Positions 1 through 10,925 of a stretch of DNA of 55,898 bases are shown piece by piece. The first letter of the stretch is position 1. The number at the start of each line of letters is the position of its first letter. The DNA is from Cytophagales bacterium (lineage in GTDB: Bacteria > Bacteroidota > Bacteroidia > Cytophagales > Microscillaceae), in NCBI GenBank assembly GCA_031425615.1, contig JANPJR010000030.1, forward strand, positions 274,492-330,389. Reading direction: 5' to 3'. A model generated the notes under the pieces. It saw only the letters and a program-made list of their open reading frames with translations, ran no database searches and was not told the origin of the DNA. Made by a program: the position numbers and the translations under genes.

Positions 1-1151
1 CTAATACATGTGTTCCACTTACAATTATTTCACCAATATTGCCATTATTTACTACAATATTGTTAAATTCTTGTGTGTTATTTACTTCTATTATATTATT
101 GGTTATATTTATTATGCATAATTGTACATTTTTATCTATTTTTCCCACATACAAGCCTTGTTTTTGGTGCATTTTCATTTGATTATGTACCATTACAATA
201 TCTTTTGCCTGCACTGCACTTATTGGCTCTGCTTCCGTAGCACCATATACTACCTCTATATGTGCGTGTGGAAACGCTTGCATATATATATGTGCCTCTT
301 GTGAAAATACAGGTGCGCCCCCCGTAAATATTTTGCTAATTTGTGGTAATTGTATGTTGTTTTTTAACATATATTCGCTTATTTTTTTTACAAAAAAAGG
401 AGATGCAATCAATGTATTTACATGATATTGTGTTAATTGGTGCATAATCTTTTTTGGTTGCATAGTATTTAACTTACTAAACTTACAATTTGCTATAATG
501 GTTGTGGTTGCTGATGCCAAATTAACCAATAACATGATTGGGAGCATAGTCATATTTATTTCTGTTGGCGTAGCATTTATTTTGGGTGCAAGTGCATTAT
601 ATTGTGCCAGCAATTGTGCATGTGTGCGTATCGCTCCTTTTGGTGTGCCTGTGCTTCCTGTTGTAAAAGTTATCAATGCAATATCTTGTGGCTGTGTTTC
701 AGTTTGTTTTTCAAAAATATTTATTTGTTTTGTGTTAATTTTATCTTGTAATTTTTGTTTTTTAAAATATAATGTTAGCTTTATTGGTATTTTACGCAGT
801 TCTTTTGAAAAAATAGACAGTATTTTTATTTTAAAAAACCCAACAAATGCCTGACAATTTGCTATTTTGCAACATTCTTCCATGCGTTTTTTATTTACCC
901 AAGCGTCCAAAAATACCGCAGTAGCCCCAATATTAAAAATAGCTAACACAATTCTATACAAATCAATGCCAACGCTTGCAAATACCATTACTTTATCCCC
1001 TTTTTTGATGCCTTTTTTCAAAAAATAAAGGCTTGTTTCTTGTATTTCTTGGGCTAATTGTTCAAAAGTTATCTCTTTTTTTAGAGAAATAATGGCTAAT
1101 TTTTGTGGATTTTGCTTTGCTTGTTCAAAAAATAAATCTATAATATTCAAT
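1..1151 (-). CDS. AMP-dependent synthetase/ligase (acyl-CoA synthetase-like); C-terminus lies outside the window; likely TTG start at complement(1149..1151)
   Basis: Minus-strand frame is open from pos 1 to a TAA just upstream of the TTG. Translation begins (L/M)NIIDLFFEQAKQNPQKLAIIS and contains TTGSTGTPKGAIRTH, matching AMP-binding motif I T[SG]GSTGxPKG. There is no in-frame ATG, which is why the ATG-only ORF track missed it. Confidence 0.7.
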
Positions 1152-1382
1152 GGCGTAAATAATAAATGGTATAGTATAAAAAATAAATTTTAGCTTAAAT
1201 ATAATAATTAAAAAAGCTTTTTAATTGTTTTGTTGGCGTAATATATTTTTAAAAATTAAAAGGTAAAAAAATATGTATTGTACAATTTTAATTCTTTGGA
1301 AAGTAAATTTTTATTAAAATTATTAAAATATTATTAAAAATTAAAAAAAAATAAATATTAACGCTACTGTTTTACCTATTTT

Positions 1383-2357
1383 TTATAAATTTCTGCCTAA
1401 TAGTACATAATTTTTATATATTTTTCCAGAATAATTTTTTGATATTTGCGTAGAAAAACCATTTTCACGCATAAAAGCGTGTATTATTTGCGTAAAACCA
1501 TTTTGAAACGCATTTTTATACAATATATTTCCTATTACATGCCCCAATCCTTGCCATTTTTTATCTGGGTGTCGTGAGATAGATTTTATAATAAGGCTTT
1601 TTTCAGTCAAATTCCATACATCAGGTATTGCAAAAAATACCCCAATGATATTTTTTTGGCTATCTTCTGCTATTAGCACAAATTCTTTTTTTATGATGGG
1701 CAAAATTTTAAGATATTTTTCCAAAAAAAAATCTATTGAAATAGGTGTATAAAATGTATTTTGGGCAAATGCAATGCTATTAAATGCAAAAATATTACGC
1801 AATTCTTGTTCAAAATTCATAAGGTCTATCTCTCTAATCGTTACACCTACATTTTCAAATGTTTTTGCTTGGGCTAATACTTCTAATTTGTCAAAAACAA
1901 TATCATTATCTATGCTTGAAAAGTATTTTTCCACAATTTCAAAACCTACTTGCTCAAAATGCGTTACGTAATATGCGTGTTGATAAGGTTCTAAAAAGAA
2001 ATTTGGATAATTATTGTGCGTATTCAAACGGTAATTGTCCCATGTTGAGCCTTGCATTTGTCCTAAAACATATTTTCCCCCAAGATTTTTTATTTTTTCA
2101 AGGGCAATATGTAATAAATTTACGCCAAAATCCCCATGTTCTACCGCTTCATAATTGCCAATGCAAAAAATTTTTTGGTTTTTGTATTGTAATTTTTCAT
2201 TATAATAAATTGCCAAATGTGCTTTTGGGCTATTATCATGTATTTGATACAATCTTTCTACTAAATATGCGTCTGTAATATATTCACACATTTTTTTTTG
2301 TTGTAAAATGTATGCTGAGTACAAATTTTGTAGCAATTCATCAAATAAATCATTCAT
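1383..2357 (-). CDS. hypothetical protein, possibly an acyltransferase-fold (GNAT/DUF2156-like) enzyme
   Basis: 324-aa ORF with no TM segments, 55-bp gap to the upstream gene on the same strand, no recognisable catalytic motif; function inferred only from context. Confidence 0.35.
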   Translation of the reverse strand: MNDLFDELLQNLYSAYILQQKKMCEYITDAYLVERLYQIHDNSPKAHLAIYYNEKLQYKNQKIFCIGNYEAVEHGDFGVNLLHIALEKIKNLGGKYVLGQMQGSTWDNYRLNTHNNYPNFFLEPYQHAYYVTHFEQVGFEIVEKYFSSIDNDIVFDKLEVLAQAKTFENVGVTIREIDLMNFEQELRNIFAFNSIAFAQNTFYTPISIDFFLEKYLKILPIIKKEFVLIAEDSQKNIIGVFFAIPDVWNLTEKSLIIKSISRHPDKKWQGLGHVIGNILYKNAFQNGFTQIIHAFMRENGFSTQISKNYSGKIYKNYVLLGRNL

Positions 2358-2411
2358 ATTATTGTATTATTTTAAATAAAATAGTTGTTTTTTAATACAA
2401 AACATTCGTTT

Positions 2412-3083
2412 TTAAATCCCAAATATTTTCAACCCTATAATTACCGCTATTGGAATTGTAATATTATCTATTCCTTTGCCACTTACACCTTCTACAAAAG
2501 CAGTAAATAATGCAATACTTGCCATTGCTATTAAAAAATAAAAAGAAAAAGAAAGTTGTGCAATCAATACATTAAAGTACCCTATATGTAGCAAAAAACA
2601 GCTTACAAAAAATGCTATACTGCCCCCAAAACTCTTTTGGCTACTGCCTATTTTGTATGTTTTATAAGGAAAATTCTTTCCAAAAATTTCAGCTATTGGG
2701 TCGCACAAAGCAAGTGAAAGCATTGGTAGGTAAAAGAAATATAGTTTTTGCCCCTCAAAATCATACACAAGATAACAAAAATAAACTGCACAAGGGTATA
2801 ATAAACTACCTACTGAAAATCTCTTAATTGCATTAATGGATTTTAAAAAATTAAACCACAAACTGATTGATAATAGCACAAAAAACCCAGCACAAAGCAC
2901 CAATACAAGCCAATGATTTGCCAAAAATATTGGAAAAAGCAGGGTTATAATGCCTGTACCTATATGTACGATTTTGCGTGTTAGCTCTGCTTTCATGCGG
3001 AGAGCATGATACAAAAATTCTGCTACAATAAACAATAATAAAAACACTCCTCCCAATAAAAACATGTTGGCTATTTGTTGCAT
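2412..3083 (-). CDS. CTP-dependent polyprenol/diacylglycerol kinase family membrane protein (dolichol/phytol-kinase-like)
   Basis: 223 aa, about 6 TM helices, motifs KIVHIGTGI and CDPIAEIFGKNFPY...GGSIAFF typical of the DolK/PhyK / CDS-like cytidylyltransferase family. Confidence 0.55.
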   Translation of the reverse strand: MQQIANMFLLGGVFLLLFIVAEFLYHALRMKAELTRKIVHIGTGIITLLFPIFLANHWLVLVLCAGFFVLLSISLWFNFLKSINAIKRFSVGSLLYPCAVYFCYLVYDFEGQKLYFFYLPMLSLALCDPIAEIFGKNFPYKTYKIGSSQKSFGGSIAFFVSCFLLHIGYFNVLIAQLSFSFYFLIAMASIALFTAFVEGVSGKGIDNITIPIAVIIGLKIFGI

Positions 3084-3140
3084 ATCATTACATTTTTGAT
3101 GATTTTGGTTGAATTTTTAGGTTAAATTTTGGAGAAATAT

Positions 3141-4205
3141 TTACAAATAATCCACTACAAATTGATTATAGAAAAAACCTTTGTCTTGTGGAGCTAATTC
3201 TTGACAAATATCTTGCTGAAACGATAATTTTTGTGGCAATATGGAGGACATTATGCGGGAAACCATCAAATTCCAATATGCAAACTTTGCATTATTCTCT
3301 GCTCCTATCACAAGTTGCTGGGTTGTGTGTGCAAATACATCTTTGGGCATATATTCAAAGATATTTGACAAATTAAAAGCATCAAATTTGCCAAATAATG
3401 GAATAGCATCTTCTACTTTTCCCTGCTGTAACGTTATTTTATTGATATTTTTTTGAATAATATCAAAGTTTTGCGGTTGTAAATAGTGCGGTAATAGTTC
3501 CCCAAAATGCCCCAAGAGTGCAAAGTGCAACATTTCGTTTGATTGGGCGTAAATACTTTGCAAATGTTTAGCACTTTTTTGATAAATATACTGCGATACT
3601 GGTATTTTTACATGGTCAAAAAAACTTTTATCTCTGCCATATTTCTCCATAATGAACTTACTAAAAAATATTTTGAACATTAACCGCCATGCCCAAGTGT
3701 TCCACTTTTGATTATAGAAAATTTGTTGTTGCAATTCTTCTTTTTTTGCCAAAAGTCTTTGAATTTTTGTTTTATTATGCACAAAAGGCAATATTTTATG
3801 GCTAAAAAGATGAAAATAACGCTCAAATTTGCCTTGATATATTACACCTTTTTGTATCAAATCAAGGTTTTTTGTCCAATATTCATACGCATTTGGATAA
3901 GAGAAAGCATTTTTTAGTTTTTCAAGCACCAAAATTCTATTTTTTGAAGGCAAAAACCCTAAAAATTCTAAAATTTCTTGATACGAAAGCACCCTAAAAC
4001 ACGCTTGTTTGAGGGCTACTAAGTATAATTGTATGTGATTAATATCCATACATACTACTTTTTGTGGATTTGTTGTCAATAACGAAAAACTATTGTCCCC
4101 TGCTGAAGCTACAGATAAGATTTTTGCATTATCTGTTAGCGAAAGCCCTTTTAAAAGGACATTTGCATCTTCCCAACAGTTGGCATAGCGAAGAATATCG
4201 TGCAT
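3141..4205 (-). CDS. DUF3419 / BtaA-like protein (S-adenosylmethionine:diacylglycerol 3-amino-3-carboxypropyl transferase family)
   Basis: N-terminus MHDILRYANCWEDANVLLKGLSL and overall length match the COG5379/BtaA-like family. Confidence 0.6.
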   Translation of the reverse strand: MHDILRYANCWEDANVLLKGLSLTDNAKILSVASAGDNSFSLLTTNPQKVVCMDINHIQLYLVALKQACFRVLSYQEILEFLGFLPSKNRILVLEKLKNAFSYPNAYEYWTKNLDLIQKGVIYQGKFERYFHLFSHKILPFVHNKTKIQRLLAKKEELQQQIFYNQKWNTWAWRLMFKIFFSKFIMEKYGRDKSFFDHVKIPVSQYIYQKSAKHLQSIYAQSNEMLHFALLGHFGELLPHYLQPQNFDIIQKNINKITLQQGKVEDAIPLFGKFDAFNLSNIFEYMPKDVFAHTTQQLVIGAENNAKFAYWNLMVSRIMSSILPQKLSFQQDICQELAPQDKGFFYNQFVVDYL

Positions 4206-4268
4206 AAATGGTTTATTTTGATGCTAATTAAATTGTAATTTGTAGTAATTAGATTATAATTTGTGAGA

Positions 4269-6920
4269 TTAGGATTTTTTTATGATGTCTATTTTCCCTG
4301 TACTACCATTCATTTCTACGGTCATGCCTGTTTCCAATGTTTTCATTAGCCCTGTAATACCTACGATGCAAGGTTTCCCCATTTCCCTTGCCACTATCGC
4401 AGAATGACTAAGCAAACTGCCACGCTCCACCAAAATTCCGCTTGCTTGGGGAAACAATACCACCCACGAGGGGTCGGTGCTGTGTGTTACGAGTATGTTA
4501 TTGTTGAGTGCATTGCTATCATTTGGATTTTGTAGTACCTGTACTTGTTGTTTTACTACGCCTACACAACAACCTACGCCCTGTAAATCGCCTGTATGCT
4601 GAATATTTTTTTCTTGGCTGTGAAAATCATTTTGTTTTTGGTCATACACTATACCATACGTAGCAAATCGCTCTGAGGGTTGCCTGTCATCTGCATAAAA
4701 TTGAAATTCTTTTTTTCGTACATTTACCAATTCGTAAAGATTTTGAGTAACAGACGTACCGTTGATGTAAGCAAATATTTCTTCTTTGGTCAAATAAAAA
4801 ATATCTTTTTGGTCTGTAAGTAAATTTTGCTCAAAAAACTTTTTGCCAATATGCACAAATATCTCTCTTACTACGCCATACGCTCTTGTACGTTCGTATC
4901 TCAAATTTTCTCTTTGGCTTATCAAATCTCTTGCCTTGTCTAAAGTTTTGAAGAACTGTCTTTTTTTCCAAAAATTTACAAAAAAGTTTCTTCCAAGCAC
5001 ATTTTTTACTGTTTGTTCTGCGGTTTCTCTTATATTATTTTCAGTATTTTGGTTATAATGTTGGGTTGAAATGCCTTGTATCACATAATTTTTAAGAATC
5101 TTAATAAACAATGTAGGGTTTTGGTTGTATGACACACTTTCAAGTTTGAGTTCACCCACACATCTCTCCCCAAACATATATAAATAGTCGTCTATTTTTT
5201 GTTTTAGCTGAAAAAAATTATTTTTTTGGGAAAAATCATCTTGTTTATGGTTGGTTTCTTCTTGTAAAGTTGTCCAAATTGTATGTTCATTATTATCCAA
5301 AAACATTTTTTTGAGGGTTTCATGTTGTTGGATAAATGCTGACAAATGAATGGTTTGATGTATAGGTTGCGTAGAGATAATATTTTGACTTCCACAGAGC
5401 AAATCGTTGTGAATATTAGGATTTTTGTCGTGTAATTGTAGTTTTTCACACATTTTTTGCAACCTTCCAAAATAAATCATGGCAAAAAAATCATTCAATA
5501 GGGGGGCTTTCCATTCTTGTAGCAGGGTTTTTTCAAAATTAAGGTACAAATCTATTAGTTGGACGATATTTTTTTGTGTGTAGTCTATGTTTTTGTATTC
5601 TGCAATGGTATCATCCACAAGTTTTGTAAAGGTTTTTCTAATTTTGGGGAGGTTTTTTAATTTAAAAATCATGCCTACACCCATTTTTATAACCCTCCAC
5701 CAAGCGTATATTTTGGACATTTTGTAATCATCAGGCACATCAAAACGTTCTTTTACGCCCATCATTTTTTCCATGTAGCGTGCATTTATATTATAGCTGG
5801 GCAACATTGCAAGCATTTGATACCACGATTTCAAATTGTAGTAAATTCTTCCATTGAGCAACCCCAATGTATTGGCAAATACATGTTCATTTTGTGCAAT
5901 TACCTTTTTTTCCACACCAAGAAAACCTGCAAACAGTGAATAAGCACGCTGGTATGCTTTGCTCACAAACGAGAAAGTAAGAGGTGTAGTTACATTTGGA
6001 TAAGACTCAATAATATTGCTGTTGTCCCAAAGAATATAATTATTATCCTGTATTTTGGGTTTGATGGTGGTAATATTGCGTGTTTGGAGGAGGTATAATG
6101 TATCATTTTTGATGCAAAATTCTATGTCTTGGGGCTTTTTAAAATGTTTTTCCAAACGTTTCAAAACTTCCACAATCTCCAAGATGTGTTTTTCCGAGAT
6201 AGAAGGTTTATTTTGCAAATCTGCTTCTACTTCAGTCTTGGCTGTGTGATGTTTTTGGTGCGTATCTAATGAAATTTTGTGCGTTTTGGTTGCTATTTTG
6301 CTAATAATGTCTTTTGAAGTTGGTTTTTTCAAAGCATTTTTTACAATAAATGTATCAACATCTACACTTCCATTTACCACACCTTCCCCTACGCCCCAAG
6401 TACTATTGATAATGATTTCATTACGCATATCATTTGGATTATCATGTAGGATATTTACGCCAAAAGCCACGCCTGACACATCTGCATCTATCATTTCCTG
6501 AATAATGATGGCAGGTGTTTGAATATCATGCAGGATTCCGTGTTGTTTTTTGTAGGCTTTTACGCGGTCATTTTGGGGAGAAGCAAATACTTTTTGAATT
6601 TTTTCATGTATATTATCCAAATCCACATACAAAAAGCTATCAAACATACCCGCAAAGGAATATTTTTCGCCATCTTCCTCAACAGACGAAGAACGGACTG
6701 CGAAATAGGTTACATTTGGGAGTTCTTCTTTGACAAAAGTAGCAATTTTGGACGAGAGTTTTTCATTTTTTTGCTGAAAAATCACAATAAATGAAGGTAT
6801 AAGTAGCTTTAATTTGTGCATGGCGATAAGATTTTCAGCTTTATTGCCAACTTTAACAGGATTTTCTTGGATTTTTTTAGTGAACTTCAAAATTTTAATT
6901 GGTTTGGTTTTGAGAAACAA
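4269..6920 (-). CDS. PEP-utilising enzyme family protein (PpsA N-terminal ATP-grasp/PEP-pyruvate binding domain plus C-terminal mobile His domain; rifampin-phosphotransferase-like architecture)
   Basis: 883 aa. N-term KVGNKAENLIAM..., central VAFGVNILHDNP, C-term GCCVGVVKQQVQVL...VERGSLLSHSAIVAREMGKPCIVG, which is the PEP-utilising mobile-domain signature. Confidence 0.7.
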   Translation of the reverse strand: MFLKTKPIKILKFTKKIQENPVKVGNKAENLIAMHKLKLLIPSFIVIFQQKNEKLSSKIATFVKEELPNVTYFAVRSSSVEEDGEKYSFAGMFDSFLYVDLDNIHEKIQKVFASPQNDRVKAYKKQHGILHDIQTPAIIIQEMIDADVSGVAFGVNILHDNPNDMRNEIIINSTWGVGEGVVNGSVDVDTFIVKNALKKPTSKDIISKIATKTHKISLDTHQKHHTAKTEVEADLQNKPSISEKHILEIVEVLKRLEKHFKKPQDIEFCIKNDTLYLLQTRNITTIKPKIQDNNYILWDNSNIIESYPNVTTPLTFSFVSKAYQRAYSLFAGFLGVEKKVIAQNEHVFANTLGLLNGRIYYNLKSWYQMLAMLPSYNINARYMEKMMGVKERFDVPDDYKMSKIYAWWRVIKMGVGMIFKLKNLPKIRKTFTKLVDDTIAEYKNIDYTQKNIVQLIDLYLNFEKTLLQEWKAPLLNDFFAMIYFGRLQKMCEKLQLHDKNPNIHNDLLCGSQNIISTQPIHQTIHLSAFIQQHETLKKMFLDNNEHTIWTTLQEETNHKQDDFSQKNNFFQLKQKIDDYLYMFGERCVGELKLESVSYNQNPTLFIKILKNYVIQGISTQHYNQNTENNIRETAEQTVKNVLGRNFFVNFWKKRQFFKTLDKARDLISQRENLRYERTRAYGVVREIFVHIGKKFFEQNLLTDQKDIFYLTKEEIFAYINGTSVTQNLYELVNVRKKEFQFYADDRQPSERFATYGIVYDQKQNDFHSQEKNIQHTGDLQGVGCCVGVVKQQVQVLQNPNDSNALNNNILVTHSTDPSWVVLFPQASGILVERGSLLSHSAIVAREMGKPCIVGITGLMKTLETGMTVEMNGSTGKIDIIKKS

Positions 6921-7096
6921 GAAATTTACAGAAATTTTTTCTTAAAAATAAAAAAAAAACATATTTTTGTATAAAAAATTTGGTACGCTGACAATCTTAG
7001 TGAATACATATTTTTTGAATAACTTTCATTTGATAAGCATACAAACTCCACTAAAATTGCCAAACAACTATAAATTTTACAAAAATAAATAAAATA

Positions 7097-7600
7097 ATGA
7101 CAAAAAATAATACTTGGTATATAGAAATCGCAGGCATAACTTGTGCCACAATAGGATTTTTTTTGAGAATCGGACAAATTGGTGGATTTAGCGTATTTTT
7201 GATGTCGTTTGGATTTGGTATGTTGCTGGTAAACTATCTCAGCAGAGCAAGTGCAGTGTATTTACCAAAATATGATTTCTTGGCACAAGATATCGCTAAA
7301 CCTTTGGTATCTATCACATACAGTATTGTGAGTTTGGGAATTTTAGGACTTATTTTAAAGTTTAATTTTTTAAAATTAGGACAAGATGTATTAGAAATAA
7401 GCACATATTTACACCTCATCTTAGTAATTTTGTTGCTGTTTGCTATGCGTATTGCGGATTCTGCGCTACAATTTGAAAGCACAAAATCGCTTTTGATACG
7501 GTCTTTGGTGATGCTGGCGGTGGTTTATATGTTTTATCTTACTTCGCAAGAACGCTTGCAAAAGGCATTTACAGGAAAGAAAATGGAAAGTAGAAAATAG
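7097..7600 (+). CDS. hypothetical small integral membrane protein
   Basis: 167 aa, 4-5 hydrophobic helices, no recognisable motifs. Confidence 0.35.
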   Translation: MTKNNTWYIEIAGITCATIGFFLRIGQIGGFSVFLMSFGFGMLLVNYLSRASAVYLPKYDFLAQDIAKPLVSITYSIVSLGILGLILKFNFLKLGQDVLEISTYLHLILVILLLFAMRIADSALQFESTKSLLIRSLVMLAVVYMFYLTSQERLQKAFTGKKMESRK

Positions 7601-7755
7601 AAAATGATTATGGATTATAGATTATAGATTATGGATTTTATAAAAATCTTTTATTTATGGATTGCAAGGGGTTTTAATCCATTTTATGAAAAAAATTCTA
7701 TTGGGCTATAAATAGCTAAACAGATGCATTATTTTACCTTTATTTCCTAAAAAAA

Positions 7756-8445
7756 ATGCCTTTTTTAACACAAATCCAAATACAAGAAAATATTTTTTTA
7801 GGCATTTGGAAAATAGATAACGCAAAAGAAAATTTGGATTTTTTTTTGAATTCTTTTATTTTAAATCAAAAAGATGAATTTTATTTGGAAAAAATAAAAA
7901 ACACAAATGCCAAAATTCGGTGTTTAGCAAGTAGGCTTACCCTCAAAATTATTTTAGAAAATCAACAAATTACCTACAATGGCATATCCCACACACCAGA
8001 AAAAAAACCCTTTTTAGCTGAAAATCCTCTTTGGCACATTTCTATTTCACATACCGAAGATTATTGTGGAGCTGTAATTTCTTATAAAAAGTTCGTAGGA
8101 TTAGATTTAGAAAAAGCACAATATAAATTGCAAAAAATTTCACATAAATTTTTGCATGAAACCGAAAAAAATGCTTTTTTTCCTGAAAATTTACCCCAAA
8201 CTATTACCCTCCAAAATCTTACGCAAATATGGGCAAGCAAAGAAGCCATGTATAAACTATATGGAAAGAAAAATATGATTTTTAAAGATGATTTGGCAAT
8301 ACTAACACTACAACCCGAAAATCCAAATCCACACGAAAATTTGGGACGTTTTTTTGATAAAAACCAACAAACTTGGCTACAATGTGCCTTGTATAATCAT
8401 TGTTGGGAAGATGTATGGAGCGTAGTGAGTATTCTTTTACAATAA
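7756..8445 (+). CDS. 4'-phosphopantetheinyl transferase superfamily protein (Sfp/EntD-like)
   Basis: ISISHTEDYCGAV...GLDLE...IWASKEAMYKLYGKK matches the PPTase motifs (G-x-D, W/F-x-x-KEA-x-x-K). Confidence 0.65.
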   Translation: MPFLTQIQIQENIFLGIWKIDNAKENLDFFLNSFILNQKDEFYLEKIKNTNAKIRCLASRLTLKIILENQQITYNGISHTPEKKPFLAENPLWHISISHTEDYCGAVISYKKFVGLDLEKAQYKLQKISHKFLHETEKNAFFPENLPQTITLQNLTQIWASKEAMYKLYGKKNMIFKDDLAILTLQPENPNPHENLGRFFDKNQQTWLQCALYNHCWEDVWSVVSILLQ

Positions 8446-8530
8446 TATTATTTTTTATAATGATTTATTATAGTGTAATCAAAGAAAATGTATATTTTGT
8501 AAAATGTATTTTTATAAGAAAATCGTAGCG

Positions 8531-8567
8531 AAACCTTTGCAAGTGTTTTTAACACTTGCAAAGGTTT
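8531..8567. terminator. bidirectional hairpin terminator between convergent genes
   Basis: Perfect inverted repeat aaacctttgcaagtgtt/ttt/aacacttgcaaaggttt, about 17-bp stem, between the PPTase (+) and ABC ATPase (-) 3' ends. Confidence 0.55.
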
Positions 8568-8786
8568 AAGGTTTAACATCAATTTATACACTTTTTTCAA
8601 TTACAATGTATTTATTGTTTCTCAAATATCCATAATAATCTATAACCATTCAAAAGTTTTTTGTTTGTTGGGCTGGAGCTGGACTTTATACGAATTTCTA
8701 AAAAATTTCCTAATTTTTGACAAAAAAACATTTCTCCAAAAAATGGCTTTTTTAAATTTAAAAACCGACAACTGAAAAAAACTAAA

Positions 8787-9446
8787 TTACTTATCTTCCA
8801 CAATTTTCCCTTTTTCCAACACAATTTTTCTGTCTGACATATCAGCGAGAGCAGTATTATGTGTAACAATCACAAACGTTTGCCCAAATTCTTTTCTAAG
8901 TGTAAAAAAAAGTTGATGCAATTCTTGTGCATTGTGTGTGTCAAGGTTGCCACTTGGTTCATCAGCAAAAATCACTTCTGGCGTGTTGATTAATGCCCTT
9001 GCGACTGCGGTGCGTTGTTGTTCGCCACCTGAAAGTTGAGCAGGAAGGTGCGTAAGTCGGTCTTTCAAACCCAAAAAATCCAGCAATTCACTTGCTTTTT
9101 TTTGGGATTCGCTTGTATTTTTTTTTGCCAAATATGCAGGCAGACACACATTTTCCAATACCGTAAATTCAGGCAAAAGGTTGTGAAACTGAAACACAAA
9201 ACCAATTTTTTGGTTGCGAAATTCCGCTAATTTTGTACCTTTTAGGTTTTGAATATCTGTATCACCAATACGCACCCTGCCTGTGTCAGCTTTGTCAAGT
9301 GTGCCAAGTATGTGCAAAAGCGTACTTTTGCCTGCGCCTGACGCACCTACAATGCTCACAATCTCACTTTTTTTTATCAACAATTCTACCCCTTGCAATA
9401 CGGTAACTTGTCCGTAAGATTTTTGTATATTTTCTGCGAAAACCAA
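8787..9446 (-). CDS. ABC transporter ATP-binding protein (LolD/FtsE-like)
   Basis: Walker [13 protein letters not shown] signature [15 protein letters not shown], Walker [12 protein letters not shown]; 219 aa. Confidence 0.85.
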   Translation of the reverse strand: MVFAENIQKSYGQVTVLQGVELLIKKSEIVSIVGASGAGKSTLLHILGTLDKADTGRVRIGDTDIQNLKGTKLAEFRNQKIGFVFQFHNLLPEFTVLENVCLPAYLAKKNTSESQKKASELLDFLGLKDRLTHLPAQLSGGEQQRTAVARALINTPEVIFADEPSGNLDTHNAQELHQLFFTLRKEFGQTFVIVTHNTALADMSDRKIVLEKGKIVEDK

Positions 9447-9475
9447 AATAATAAAAAAGCCAAAAAAATGAAAAT

Positions 9476-9500
9476 GCCCCTAACCCCCAAAGGGGTAACA
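9476..9500 (-). terminator. CCCC-AAA-GGGG hairpin element downstream of the Mur ligase gene
   Basis: gcccctaacccccaaaggggtaac followed by A/T-rich tract. The same element recurs at 45961-45980. Confidence 0.4.
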
Positions 9501-9575
9501 AAAAGACTAAAAAATGATATAAAAATGCCACCTAATCCAAAGAGGAATAAACAGTATTTATGAAAAAACTGATAA

Positions 9576-10925
9576 CTAAAAAATATCCACAATTTTCTCA
9601 TCAAGGCTTCCCGAACTCATCAAAAGAAGATTTTTGTTGTGCCAATTTATATTTTTTAAAAAATCTTTTAATTTGCCTAAATCTGTAAAAACATGCAAAT
9701 TATCGTGGTCAAAAGCATTTTTTACAAAATCTTCATCTAAATTAGGCATATTTTTCAAAGCTAATGTATGTGCATCATAATACACAATTGCTATATCAGC
9801 AGGCGCCAGCGTATTGTGGTATTGTGCCAAAAAATTTGCATTTAGACTGCTGTATGTATGCAACTCCAAACAAGCAACCAATTTGCGTTCTACAAATTGA
9901 TTTTTGACCGCTTTTGTTGTAGCAATTACCTTAGAGGGTGCATGTGCAAAATCTTTAAAATAAATAAAGTTATCCGTTTCTTTTACTTTTTCAAGGCGTT
10001 TTGATGCACCTTTGAATGTACTAATTGCTTGATAAAATCCTTCTTCTGTGATACCAATTTTACTACAAACCACTTTTGCACAAGACACATTTTTGAGGTT
10101 ATGTTCTCCAAAAACTTCTAATTTTATGCGGTTATTTTCAACAGTCAAATACGTAATACCGTCCAAAATCTTATGTGGGTGTGCCAAATAAGGCATTTGT
10201 TGAATATCATTACGTTCTTTCGCCCCAATTACCGAAGCAATAGAATCCTCTTGGCTATAAATCAACGTGCCAGATTTTGGGATAGCATCTGCAAAATTTT
10301 CAAAAGGCTCTAAATAACTGTCCCATGTAGGATATACGTTGATATGGTCCCACGCTACACCTGTAATCACGCCAATATGTGCATGGTAGTGCATAAATTT
10401 TGGTGTGAGGTCAAATGGTGCAGAAGGATACTCATCACCCTCCAAAATAATCACAGGAGCATCTTCACTTAATTTTACCGAAGTTTCAAAACCTTCTAAA
10501 ATAGCACCAACTGCATAATCAAATTTTCGTTTGTGATAATTCAATACATGCATAATCATAGCGGTAACGGTAGTTTTGCCATGACTTCCCGCAATCACAA
10601 TTCTATGTTTTTGTTGTGCTTGTTGAAATATATATTCTGGAAAAGAATAAATTTTTAGTCCAAGTTCTTTTGCTTTTATGAGTTCAGGATTATCTGCTTT
10701 GGTGTGCATACCTACAATTACTGTATCAAGCTGTGCAGTAATTTTATCAGGAAACCACCCCAAATTTTCGGGTAAGATATTCGCTTTTTGTAGGCGAGAT
10801 TTTGCAGGTTCAAATATTTCATCGTCGCTACCTGTAACCACAATGCCTTTTTTTTGGGCATCAAGGGCTAACTGGTGCATAATGCTTCCGCCTATTGCTA
10901 TAAAATGAAAGTGTAAAGATGTCAT
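9576..10925 (-). CDS. Mur ligase family protein (Mpl/MurC-like UDP-N-acetylmuramate ligase)
   Basis: 449 aa. N-terminal HFIAIGGSIM...VTGSD Rossmann motif, AGSHGKTTVTAMI P-loop, EGDEYPSAPFD and HYHAHIGVITGVAWDH motifs of the MurC/Mpl family. Confidence 0.7.
   Translation of the reverse strand: MTSLHFHFIAIGGSIMHQLALDAQKKGIVVTGSDDEIFEPAKSRLQKANILPENLGWFPDKITAQLDTVIVGMHTKADNPELIKAKELGLKIYSFPEYIFQQAQQKHRIVIAGSHGKTTVTAMIMHVLNYHKRKFDYAVGAILEGFETSVKLSEDAPVIILEGDEYPSAPFDLTPKFMHYHAHIGVITGVAWDHINVYPTWDSYLEPFENFADAIPKSGTLIYSQEDSIASVIGAKERNDIQQMPYLAHPHKILDGITYLTVENNRIKLEVFGEHNLKNVSCAKVVCSKIGITEEGFYQAISTFKGASKRLEKVKETDNFIYFKDFAHAPSKVIATTKAVKNQFVERKLVACLELHTYSSLNANFLAQYHNTLAPADIAIVYYDAHTLALKNMPNLDEDFVKNAFDHDNLHVFTDLGKLKDFLKNINWHNKNLLLMSSGSLDEKIVDIF

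Noticed and set aside
498-854. 118-aa plus-strand ORF
   Set aside because: It lies entirely antisense within the AMP-ligase gene, whose translation carries clear AMP-binding motifs. The product is low-complexity and hydrophobic with no motif.
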